Part shown: piece by piece, positions 10,663 through 19,621 of the stretch
How positions within the stretch are numbered: the stretch's first letter is position 1
Layout: the number at the start of each line of letters is the position of its first letter
Source: PVC group bacterium
GTDB taxonomy: Bacteria > Auribacterota > Erginobacteria > Erginobacterales > Erginobacteraceae
Assembly: GCA_043804695.1 (NCBI GenBank)
Contig: JAZDIV010000031.1
Location: 1 to 47,928 of the forward strand
Reading direction: 5' to 3'
DNA: 47,928 nt
Program-made: the position numbers and the translations under genes
The notes under the pieces: model-generated
Told to the model about the DNA's origin: nothing
Seen by the model: only the letters and a program-made list of their open reading frames with translations
Databases searched by the model: none

Positions 10663-13002
10663 ATGAAAATAATGAGGTCTCCGGCGCTGGCGCCGGCCGT
10701 TTCACTTTTCCTCATCGAGCTGCTTGTCGCCTGCCCGGCCGGTTTCGCCGTCCCGGGCAGCCGGTTCTTGCCCTCCGCCTATGATCTGCGGGACGTGGGA
10801 GGGCGCAGCTATGTCACCCCGGTCAAGAGCCAGTGCGGGTTCTTTGAAGACGGGCAGCCGGATCTGGGGATTACGGTCGGCGCCTGCACCTTCTTCGCCA
10901 ACCTGGCTTCTTTCGAGAGCAGCCTGCTGAACCAGGGGATCACATCCGACCCCGTCTCGCCGCCGGCTAATCTCTCGGCCTGGCATCTGGCATGTCATGT
11001 CGGCTACAATAACCCCGTTTACGAGTTCAACAACCAAACCATGCCGGGGACAGACCCGCCCGTGCCGATCAGCTATCAGCAGCATGAAGATCCCATAGCG
11101 AACCCCGGGGGCTGGGGGGGGAACGTTGAATGGACCATCGACTACCTGAGCTGCGGCAAAGGACCGGTACTGGACTACCGGGCGCCGTTTCCCCTGGATG
11201 ACATGCAGGCGCACGCGACCCTGACCCCTCCCCTCGCCGGTTTGCCGATCGATTATATGCTCAAGGAAGCGCTTATCTTTTCCCGCGAAGACCATGCCGA
11301 GGGCGCCGGCGGCGATGAGGAGTATCGGAATGTCATAAAACGGGCCGTGATGGGTTACGGGACGCTGACGGCACTGATGTTTACTGAAGCCGGAGATTAT
11401 CCCGGGCAGACCGGTCCGAGCTTTTATGATCGAGAGAGCAATACCTTCTACTGCGATTCCGATGCCAAGGTGAATCAATTCATCCATGCGGTCGCCATTG
11501 CCGGCTGGGACGACGGCCGCCCGGTCAGCGGCGCGCCGGGGCCCGGCGCCTGGCTGATAAAAAACAGTATCGGTACCGGGTATGGGGACGGGGGCTACAA
11601 CTGGATATCCTATTACGACACCGTGTTTCTGAAAGGAGCATGTTCTGCTTATGCATTCATCGCTGATGACGGCAGGGGTTACGCCTGGCCGCGCTGCCAG
11701 ACTCACGCCGGTGCCCTGACCAGGGTGCCGGAGGAGGACGAATGGGTGTACAGAAGCGACGGCTTCAATGCCGCGGGCCTCGATTCCTGGGCCTGCGCGC
11801 GGTTTGACGCCCCGGCGAACGGCCTACTGAAGGCGGCGGGGATCGTCACCGTCAACCGGAACGAGGAGGTCACGATCCGCGTCTACGGCCGGTGGGACGC
11901 CGGGGAGAACCGGCCCGAGGACTTGCTCCTCTCCGACACCGTCGCCATTGCAGAACAAGGGTACCACGTCGTCGATCTGAGCGAGCTGGTCCCCGTGCGG
12001 GAAGGAGAGGAGTTGGTCATCGCCGCCGGTTTCGCGGCCCGGTCCGGCGCTGCCGAGGAACCGCTGGTCTACGTGGTTGACGAAGATCAGTCGCCGGTAC
12101 CGGGAGCGACTTACCGGGCTTCTTTTGACCCGGCGTCCGGCTGGAGCGCCTGGACGGACTACCGATCCCTCCACGGCGGCAGCGTCTTTTACATCCAGGG
12201 GATCATGGATTCGGCCGCTTCCCTGGCGGCTCCCGCCTCGGGGGATTACGACGGCGACGGCAAATCGGAGATCGCCGTCTTCCGGCCCTCCGACGGCCTC
12301 TGGGCGGTGAGGGGACTGGGCCGGACCTACTTCGGCGCCGCCGGCGACATCCCGGTGAGCGGGGACTACGACGGCGACGGGGTGACGGACATCGCCGTCT
12401 TCCGGCCCGTAACCGGCCTCTGGGCGGTCAAGGGCGTCACCCGGGCGTACTTCGGCGGCGCCAACGACCGGCCGGTCCCCGGGGACTATGACGGCGACGG
12501 GACCTGCGACCCGGCCGTCTTCGGGAGTTCCTCTGGGGGGAACTCCGGCCGCTGGGGTGTCCGGGGCGTCACCCGGGTGTACTTCGGCGCCCCCTTCGAC
12601 GAGCCGGTTCCCTCCGATTTCACTGGTGACGGAAGTGTGGGCATTGCCGTCTTCCGGGAGACGACCGGCCTTTGGGCGGCGCGGGGCGTTACGCGGTGTT
12701 ATTTCGGCGCGGCCGGCGACCTCCCCGTGCCGGGGGTCTACCGGTGGTACGGCTCCAACCAGAAAAATACTCCGTTCCGGAGCCAGGCCGCCGTCTTCCG
12801 GCCTTCCACGGGCCTGTGGGCCGTGCGGGGATGCACCCGCTGCTACTTCGGGATGGTTTTAGATACGCCGGTCCGGGGCGACTTCGACGGTGACTCGATT
12901 GATGAGACCGCCATCTTCCGGCCCGGCAGCGGCCTTTGGGCGGTGAGATCCCTGACCCGGGCGTATTTTGGGGTTGCCGGCGATATTCCCGCCACGCGGT
13001 AA
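10663..13002 (+). CDS. Secreted papain-like (C1A) peptidase with lectin-like domain and C-terminal 6x FG-GAP-like module
   Basis: LPSAYDLR..YVTPVKSQ; GACTFFA (Cys), HAVAIAGWDD (His), WLIKNS (Asn); GYHVVDL lectin-like region; ends DIPATR. Confidence 0.8.
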   Translation: MKIMRSPALAPAVSLFLIELLVACPAGFAVPGSRFLPSAYDLRDVGGRSYVTPVKSQCGFFEDGQPDLGITVGACTFFANLASFESSLLNQGITSDPVSPPANLSAWHLACHVGYNNPVYEFNNQTMPGTDPPVPISYQQHEDPIANPGGWGGNVEWTIDYLSCGKGPVLDYRAPFPLDDMQAHATLTPPLAGLPIDYMLKEALIFSREDHAEGAGGDEEYRNVIKRAVMGYGTLTALMFTEAGDYPGQTGPSFYDRESNTFYCDSDAKVNQFIHAVAIAGWDDGRPVSGAPGPGAWLIKNSIGTGYGDGGYNWISYYDTVFLKGACSAYAFIADDGRGYAWPRCQTHAGALTRVPEEDEWVYRSDGFNAAGLDSWACARFDAPANGLLKAAGIVTVNRNEEVTIRVYGRWDAGENRPEDLLLSDTVAIAEQGYHVVDLSELVPVREGEELVIAAGFAARSGAAEEPLVYVVDEDQSPVPGATYRASFDPASGWSAWTDYRSLHGGSVFYIQGIMDSAASLAAPASGDYDGDGKSEIAVFRPSDGLWAVRGLGRTYFGAAGDIPVSGDYDGDGVTDIAVFRPVTGLWAVKGVTRAYFGGANDRPVPGDYDGDGTCDPAVFGSSSGGNSGRWGVRGVTRVYFGAPFDEPVPSDFTGDGSVGIAVFRETTGLWAARGVTRCYFGAAGDLPVPGVYRWYGSNQKNTPFRSQAAVFRPSTGLWAVRGCTRCYFGMVLDTPVRGDFDGDSIDETAIFRPGSGLWAVRSLTRAYFGVAGDIPATR

Positions 13003-13069
13003 TATTCCGACGCCGAGCGCCTCCCGGAACAATTTGGGGTCAGACCTGAATGGCGCTTAAATAAAGCAT

Positions 13070-13408
13070 CTATCTTATTCGTTTACGTGTTGGCACGCCA
13101 GGACTTATACTGTTAATGATTTCCTCGGAAAGTGAGCGAATTTGCGCCAGCCGCTGCTCAAGAGCACGGTTGCGGCAGATTGCGTCGCGAATCATCTTTG
13201 CCTGTTCAGGGGTTAAAGCTTTGGTGATTGTCTTATTGTCGATCTTGCGTGTCCAGATGTAATACGGGCCATAGGCTTTGTCCCCTGAGATGGTACTGCG
13301 CTGAAGATACCGCCGCAGGACGCTTCCCTGCAAGATGTATCCCTCCGGTTTTGCTTCGGTCACACAAATATTGAACCGCCGGATCATCTGATTCAAATCC
13401 CGTTTCAT
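13070..13408 (-). CDS. DUF6788-like small basic protein carried inside the IS
   Basis: LQGSV...GPYYIWTRKIDNKTITKAL followed by a C-terminal helix; AAAGGAGGA RBS on the minus strand. Confidence 0.7.
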   Translation of the reverse strand: MKRDLNQMIRRFNICVTEAKPEGYILQGSVLRRYLQRSTISGDKAYGPYYIWTRKIDNKTITKALTPEQAKMIRDAICRNRALEQRLAQIRSLSEEIINSISPGVPTRKRIR

Positions 13409-13491
13409 AATGTCCTCCTTTCTATTGATTATTATGTATCAGTATAGATACTGATATTTTCACAATCAATAGAAAAAAGGAGAGCATTTGG

Positions 13492-14898
13492 ATGAAGCTT
13501 CATGGAAACGATTTGGAACGATTTCACCGCCGCTTAGCCGGGGAAGCGCTCTGCGATCTGGCCGGTGTGCTCGGGCGGCTGATCCCGGCGCAGGAACTGA
13601 CACACTTACGTCGCTCCGCAAGACGCAAGCGCGTGTTCACGCCTATGACGACATTCTGGAGCTTTTTGGCCCAAGTACTGAATCCCGGACAGCCGTGTCG
13701 GGAGAGCGTGCGTCGCCTACAAGCCGTCCGCTATCGCCACCGCCAGGCTCAGATTTCAGCTCGCAACAGTGCCTACTGCCAAGCCCGCAGAAGGCTTTCG
13801 ACTGCCCTCCTGGAGCGCATCTGGCAAAGCATGGCCCGAAACCTCACCTCCCACGCTCCTCAACCCATGCTATGGAAAGGATTGCGAATAGCCGTCATCG
13901 ACGGGACCACCGTCAGTATGCCGGATACGCCGGAAAACCAAGTACCGTGGCCCCAGTCCTCCACCCAGAAACTCGGTTGCGGATTCCCGGTCATGAAGTT
14001 ACTGGCGGTTTTCTCGCTGGTCACAGGGGCCGCTCACGCCCTCGCAACCGGTTCGCTCCACAACGCTGAACATGCTCTGCTACAACCCTTGTGGGCCTGC
14101 CTGTCCTCCACCTTTGACCTTGTTCTGGGAGATCGAAACTTCGGGTCATTCACAACCTTCTGCACCCTGCGCACCCTGGAACTCTATGGCGTCTTCCGAT
14201 TGCACCAGCGGCGCAAAGCCGACTGGCGGAAGGGCCAGCGCCTCGGCAAATATGACCGGTTGGTCCTCTGGCCCCGCCCCCAAAAAGTAACCTGGCTCCG
14301 ATCCGATCCGCTTCCCTACTCCATTACCGTGCGTATCCTCAAAATCAACCTTTCCGTCCCGGGATTTCGCACCAAAACCATTATGCTCGTCACCAACCTG
14401 CTCGATCCAAAACTTTTCTCCCCCGAAGCCCTTGCACAACTTTATCTGCTGCGCTGGCGAGTCGAACTGTTCTTTGCCCACATCAAGAGCACCATGCACA
14501 TGGACATCCTCCGTTGCCGTACTCCTGAAATGATTCTCCGTGAACTTCACATGCACCTGATAGCCTACAATGCCATCCGTACCCTCATGTTCGAGGCTGC
14601 TGTCAGGACCGCCACACCTCTCGACCGCATCAGCTTCAAGGGCACCTGCGACGCCCTGCGTCAGTGGTCGCCGCATCTTGCCGCAACCGCTTCCATCCCT
14701 TCGATCTACCGCCGTCTCCTTCGCAGTTTTCTCCTCACTCTTGCCCAGGATACTGTTCCTCTACGCCCCAACCGATCAGAACCGAGAGCTGTCAAACGAA
14801 GATCCAAGAACTTTCAATATCTAAACAAACCTCGACATCAAATGGGAAACCTTCCTCACAGAAATAACCCTTCCCAAAAATCAAAATACCATGCTTAA
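13492..14898 (+). CDS. IS4-family DDE transposase
   Basis: SAYCQARRRL, AVIDGT, LGDRNF, YLLRWRVELFF(K) (YREK-like), AYNAIR and RSEPRAVKRR motifs. Confidence 0.93.
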   Translation: MKLHGNDLERFHRRLAGEALCDLAGVLGRLIPAQELTHLRRSARRKRVFTPMTTFWSFLAQVLNPGQPCRESVRRLQAVRYRHRQAQISARNSAYCQARRRLSTALLERIWQSMARNLTSHAPQPMLWKGLRIAVIDGTTVSMPDTPENQVPWPQSSTQKLGCGFPVMKLLAVFSLVTGAAHALATGSLHNAEHALLQPLWACLSSTFDLVLGDRNFGSFTTFCTLRTLELYGVFRLHQRRKADWRKGQRLGKYDRLVLWPRPQKVTWLRSDPLPYSITVRILKINLSVPGFRTKTIMLVTNLLDPKLFSPEALAQLYLLRWRVELFFAHIKSTMHMDILRCRTPEMILRELHMHLIAYNAIRTLMFEAAVRTATPLDRISFKGTCDALRQWSPHLAATASIPSIYRRLLRSFLLTLAQDTVPLRPNRSEPRAVKRRSKNFQYLNKPRHQMGNLPHRNNPSQKSKYHA

Positions 14899-15130
14899 CT
14901 TAGCGCCATTCGGGTCAGACCTTGTTTTATGCTTCATTGGGAACATCTTAAGGGTCAGATCCCCGATTAAGTCGGGACGCCCCGCAACAATCAGGATGCG
15001 AGCCCAGGCACGAGCACCTGTTTTGTACTTATTAATGTAAGAATTTACAGGGAAGAGGGGGTAAATTATAATGCCATGATCTGGCATTTAAGGACATTGG
15101 TGAGCAAGCTGGTCAAGGATTGGGAATAAG

Positions 15131-15994
15131 ATGAAGTCGGTTCCGCGGCCAATACCGGTTAAGGGAGAGGACACCGGGGAAGTCAGACGGTTTTTCGATG
15201 GCTGGGGCCTGTACTGGCGGGTCGTCGACCGCGACTACCTGTCCCACAAGGAGGTCTATACCCGGCTCAATGATTTCCTTAAAGCGCATTTCCAAAAGCC
15301 TTTTACCCTGATCGACCTCGGCTGCGGAGATTCAAGCTATATGGTCCGGGGGCTGGCCGGGACGAAAATTTCCCGGTACATCGGCATCGACCTCACGGCG
15401 GCGGCCCTCCGTCTGGCGCGGGAGAACCTGACGGGGCTGGGCTACGAAACGACCTTCATCGCGGGAGATTTCATCCGCCTCCTCCGCAAACAGAAGACCG
15501 GTGCCGAAGTGGTCTGGGCCTGCCTTTCCATCCATCACCTCTCCCTCGAGCAGAAGCACGCCTTTTTCAAGGACTGCCGGGGGGCCCTCGGTCGGGGCGG
15601 TTACCTCCTGATCTACGAGCCGGTTCTGAAACCGGGAGAAGCGCGACCGGAATACCTGGCCCGTTTCCGGGAAATCACCGCCGAGCAATGGAAGGCGGTT
15701 ACCCGCCGGGAAATGGAAGAAGTGGTCAAGCATGTCTCCGGGGCTGACTTCCCGGAATCCCTGGCGACGTTCGAAACCCTGGCCCGGGAAAACGGCTTCG
15801 GCGAAACCCGTTTCCTGTTTCACGATCCCAACGAGCTTTATTCCATGCTTTGCTTCTCGGTCGGGGCTCAAAATCATCATCGACGTGGACGGCCCCCACG
15901 ATTTACTCCACAAGTTCAGCGCCCTGGCCGACCCGGTCAAGAAGAAGCTCAACGGCTTCGATACGTTCAAAAGGAAATATTGAAAATTACTTGA
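15131..15994 (+). CDS. Class I SAM-dependent methyltransferase (C-terminal ~45 aa probably run-through)
   Basis: LIDLGCGD, YIGIDL, GDF, SIHHL and GGYLLIYEP motifs. Confidence 0.8.
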   Translation: MKSVPRPIPVKGEDTGEVRRFFDGWGLYWRVVDRDYLSHKEVYTRLNDFLKAHFQKPFTLIDLGCGDSSYMVRGLAGTKISRYIGIDLTAAALRLARENLTGLGYETTFIAGDFIRLLRKQKTGAEVVWACLSIHHLSLEQKHAFFKDCRGALGRGGYLLIYEPVLKPGEARPEYLARFREITAEQWKAVTRREMEEVVKHVSGADFPESLATFETLARENGFGETRFLFHDPNELYSMLCFSVGAQNHHRRGRPPRFTPQVQRPGRPGQEEAQRLRYVQKEILKIT

Positions 15995-16070
15995 CCAAAT
16001 CGCTCGCCCAAAATGGGAGAGAACCAATTTATTATTTGCAATCTGACAGCAAGAATACAGGAAAGGGATT

Positions 16071-17276
16071 ATGAAGAAAGGTTCAGGTATTGCCGTGGTA
16101 ATTACCGTATGCGCGTTTTTAGGATGCGTGAAAATGCATGCCGGAGTATCCGCGGAAGAAAAGACGTCGCCTTCACAAAGCTCAGAAGAATTGACGCCCG
16201 TACTGGGACAGGTCCTGTCAAAGCCGCGCGCGGCGGAATCAAGCGACGGCAGCTTCCATGTAAATTATGAATTGGTGGTTATCAATGCGGCAAGCTCAAG
16301 CTACACGATAGAAAACATTACAATTATCAATCCGCAGAAATCAGATGCCAAGATCCGGCTTTTGACTGAAAAGGACATCATGGAGAATATACGCCTGCCC
16401 GGGGCGGATGAGCCTACCACGACGCTTTTACCGTCCCAGGCAGGCTATGTGCGCATTAACCTTGTATTTGCCGCGGGAGATACGATACCCCATATCATAG
16501 AGCATATTATTACAGCGACGACGGATAAGCCCGGGCCGTTAATGCCCCGGAGAGTTGTTGAGAAAGTCGCGCGGACGGAGGTTATAACCGGACAGTCGGT
16601 TCTCATCGGGCCCCCTGTGAAAGGCGGCAATTGGATTGTAGCCGGGATCGGCGGGAACAGCTATCACCGGACAACGATTATGCCGATAAACGGATGGTGG
16701 GTTGCTCCCGAAAGATGGGCTGTTGATTTTCTTCAGCTTGACGAGCAGAACAGGCCCTGGTCCGGCGATATCACAAAAAACGAGAGCTACCCGCAGTTCG
16801 GAAAGGAGCTCATTGCGGTAAGCGATGGTGTTGTTGAGCGCGTTCGGGACGGCATGCCTGATATCCCTCCGGGAGAGATGCCGGAAAATATGACACTCCG
16901 GGATGCCGCTGGAAACTATGTGGTTCAGAATATCGGCAGTGGTTACCGGGCGCTCTATGCGCATATCAAGAAAGGCACGATCAGGGTCAAAGAAGGCGAG
17001 AGGGTGCGCGGGGGCGACAGCATCGGCCTTCTAGGGAATTCAGGCAATACCGATGCCCCGCATCTGCATTTTCAGATTGTGGACGACAAGGAACCGTTTG
17101 CCTCGGACGGCGTTCCTTTTGTCATAGATTCGTTTTTGATCAGAGGCGAGCCGGTTTCCCCGGAAAGCATCGAAGATGATTTTAAAAGCGGGCAGCCTTT
17201 ACAGATCAAAGCCGGCAAAAGCGCCGGCGGGCATATAAATAAGATGCCTGCGGATCTGTCCATAGTGGATTTTTAG
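16071..17276 (+). CDS. Secreted M23 family metallopeptidase
   Basis: WAVDF, AVSDGVV, GNYVV, YAHIK and GNSGNTDAPHLHF motifs; signal peptide; visibly lower GC than its neighbours. Confidence 0.85.
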   Translation: MKKGSGIAVVITVCAFLGCVKMHAGVSAEEKTSPSQSSEELTPVLGQVLSKPRAAESSDGSFHVNYELVVINAASSSYTIENITIINPQKSDAKIRLLTEKDIMENIRLPGADEPTTTLLPSQAGYVRINLVFAAGDTIPHIIEHIITATTDKPGPLMPRRVVEKVARTEVITGQSVLIGPPVKGGNWIVAGIGGNSYHRTTIMPINGWWVAPERWAVDFLQLDEQNRPWSGDITKNESYPQFGKELIAVSDGVVERVRDGMPDIPPGEMPENMTLRDAAGNYVVQNIGSGYRALYAHIKKGTIRVKEGERVRGGDSIGLLGNSGNTDAPHLHFQIVDDKEPFASDGVPFVIDSFLIRGEPVSPESIEDDFKSGQPLQIKAGKSAGGHINKMPADLSIVDF

Positions 17277-17378
17277 AAGGGGAGGGCACGCCTCCATTTA
17301 TTGAGCGGGTGAGATAAAAGAAGTACACTTTGTGCCCAACGTACGAATCACATGGATGGAATGACGGGGGGAAGCGCC

Positions 17379-18374
17379 ATGGTGCTCAGACATGTAGGGA
17401 GGTTTGTAAAACGCGGGCCGGCCGGATTGTCGATCCTCCTGTCCCTGCCGTCCGTTTCCCGGGCCGCCGCGCCGGAGCCGGCCGCTCCGCCGGGAAGTGA
17501 GCAGGCTCGGGAAACCGTCATCCAGGGGCCGGGGGGAAAAATCTGGACCTGCGTCTTCGGGAAGGAGAAGCCGGGGATACCGCTCCTGGTCCTTCACGGA
17601 GGGCCGGGCTTTTTGAGTCTGACCCGGGAGCTTGCCGAGCTTTCCACCATGCGCCCGGTTTACTTTTACGATCAGCTCGGCTGCGGCCGGTCCGAGCGGC
17701 CTGCCGGCATGAGCAAGTACACGGTGGATTACTATGTCCGGGAACTGGCCGCGGTCAGGAAAAAACTGGGCCTGGACAAGGTCCATATCCTCGGTCAGTC
17801 CTGGGGATGCATGCTGGCGGCGGAGTATATTCTGCGGGAAAGGCCGCGGGGCGTTAAAAGTTTGATTCTTTCCGGTCCGTTACTGAGTACCCCCCGGTGG
17901 GAGGCCGACCAGCGAACCAACCTTTCCAGGATGCCGGAAGAGGTCCGGCGCGCCGTGGAGGAAGCGGAAAAGGTCGGTGAGTACGGGAAAGAATACCAGG
18001 AAGCCATGATGGCGTATTATAAAAAACACGTCTGCCGGCTGGAACCGTGGCCGGACTACCTGACGGACGCCCTGGGAAAACTGAATACGGATGTCTACCT
18101 GACCATGTGGGGGCCGAGCGAGTTCACCACCACCGGCACTTTGCGGAGCGCCGACCTGACGGAACGGCTGAAGGAAATACAGGTGCCCGTCCTCCTCATC
18201 TGCGGGGAGTATGACGAGGCGGGAGTGGAGACGGTCAAACACTTCCGCGACCTGTTGCCGGACGGCGCCCTGGCGGTCATCCCCCGCGCCTCCCATTGCC
18301 ACATGCTGGAGCAGCCGGAGATTTTCAGGGCAATCGTGAACGCGTTCCTGGATGACGTGGAGAAAGAAAAGTAA
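17379..18374 (+). CDS. Proline iminopeptidase-family alpha/beta hydrolase
   Basis: HGGPG, YDQLGCGRS, GQSWG (nucleophile), MWGPSEF, GEYDE and SH motifs; start uncertain (17352 or 17379). Confidence 0.88.
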   Translation: MVLRHVGRFVKRGPAGLSILLSLPSVSRAAAPEPAAPPGSEQARETVIQGPGGKIWTCVFGKEKPGIPLLVLHGGPGFLSLTRELAELSTMRPVYFYDQLGCGRSERPAGMSKYTVDYYVRELAAVRKKLGLDKVHILGQSWGCMLAAEYILRERPRGVKSLILSGPLLSTPRWEADQRTNLSRMPEEVRRAVEEAEKVGEYGKEYQEAMMAYYKKHVCRLEPWPDYLTDALGKLNTDVYLTMWGPSEFTTTGTLRSADLTERLKEIQVPVLLICGEYDEAGVETVKHFRDLLPDGALAVIPRASHCHMLEQPEIFRAIVNAFLDDVEKEK

Positions 18375-18414
18375 ATCCCCCGTCCTCCTCCGGAAATCGC
18401 GGGTCCCGGAATAA

Positions 18415-19002
18415 TCACTGCTTCGATTCGTAATAATCGGCGTCCGCCCCTTCGCAGCCGTGGAAGTGGTCGCGGTAAGGGCCGTATTCGCCCAGGCACC
18501 AGATGATGTATGATTCCGAAAAGTCGGAGCAGTTCTGATCATAAAGGCCGAGGGCCCAGTTATACGTCCCCTCCGCCGCGGCGCAGGCGCCGAAGGAATA
18601 GCAGGAACCGCAATCTTCCTGATCCCTGATCGGGCCGATATAAGAACGGCCCTCGTAATCCCTCCAGTCGAAGCGGGAGGGAAGGTCCGCCTTCCCCAGC
18701 CGGCGGGCCAGGGGGCCGATATCCGTCGAAACCTCCGGCGGACCGCCGGGGGCGGACGGGTGAAGGCCGCAGAGCTGCCGCTGGATCTCGGGGGGAGAGT
18801 CGTAGACCCGGTTATGATCGACGGTGAACTTCCAGCCGTTCCGATCGATTTTATACCGCATCTCTTCCAGGGTATCGCCCTCTTCGATCCGGAGCACTTT
18901 GTCCCCTTTCGCTCCGGCGGGGAAAAGGATCATCGCCGACAGAACTCCCGACATGATCGGGAGGAGACAGTTCGTACGCCGGTGTCTTGCAGTCATCTCC
19001 AC
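18415..19002 (-). pseudogene. 3'-truncated secreted C1A cysteine peptidase
   Basis: Signal peptide, LPSRFDWR, RDQEDCGSCYSFGA, FSESYI and GCEG; the ORF stops before the catalytic His/Asn half. Confidence 0.75.
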
Positions 19003-19280
19003 CTCGCTTTTCCTGCAGGTCGGTTTCGCTGAATAAGCTACAGAGGAAGTTTAATAAAAATCGGTTTTATTGTACTTTAATCCAGGAGGACAGTCTTGAT
19101 TAATTACTTGCTCAGCACCCCGGTTTATTCATAATTCGGGGCAGATGTAAAGAAGGATACGGAGCAAATGCGAATTCCGGGTATAATGGCCACACAGCCA
19201 ATTCCGATTTTATGTGGTAAGCTATGGGTGCGTTCAGCTGTTGCGAGCGCATTGCCCCGGCCGTGATGGGAGGACAATAA

Positions 19281-19621
19281 ATGGACAATCAGATAGTTGA
19301 TAAGTTCAAACCCGGCGCACGATTGCTTTTTATTCTCTGCTGGATCGGTGTCGCGGCGGGCGTTGCCGGATGTGTCATGGCTGCCCGGAAAGGCGCACAG
19401 AGGCTGGAAGAACGGGACGGGCCGGTGGGGCACCTCCTCGCCGAAACCAAGGAGACGCTGCGCGGCCATCCCACACCGGCGCCGGCTGAACAGCCCTGAG
19501 GTAATCAACCAGTGCGAACTATCGAAAGATACCGGAGGATCTTCTCGGCCTGGAGGCGCTTCTCAAGGATAACGGGGTGACCGTGCACCGGACCCTCCCG
19601 GAGGAGTACAGGAAGATTTGA
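19281..19621 (+). pseudogene. Small membrane or lipoprotein gene, probably broken by two frameshifts
   Basis: GGAGG RBS and a hydrophobic N-terminus (72-aa ORF to 19499). Protein-like text continues in the next two frames (LNSPEVINQCEL..., then PEDLLGLEALLKDNGVTVHRTLPEEYRKI*), with a stop overlapping the next ATG. Confidence 0.4.

Larger units (their letters stand above)
13048..14911. mobile_element. Complete IS4-family insertion sequence (1864 bp) with passenger ORF
   Basis: Terminal IRs GAATGGCGCTTAAATAAAGCAT and ATGCTTAACTTAGCGCCATTC; 11-bp direct repeat GGGTCAGACCT at 13037-13047 and 14912-14922. Confidence 0.9.

Noticed and set aside
575..13002. Diversity-generating retroelement (TR/VR pair) among the similar repeat-module sequences
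   Set aside because: No reverse transcriptase gene is present, the differences are not adenine-specific, and all copies are in-frame coding paralogs.
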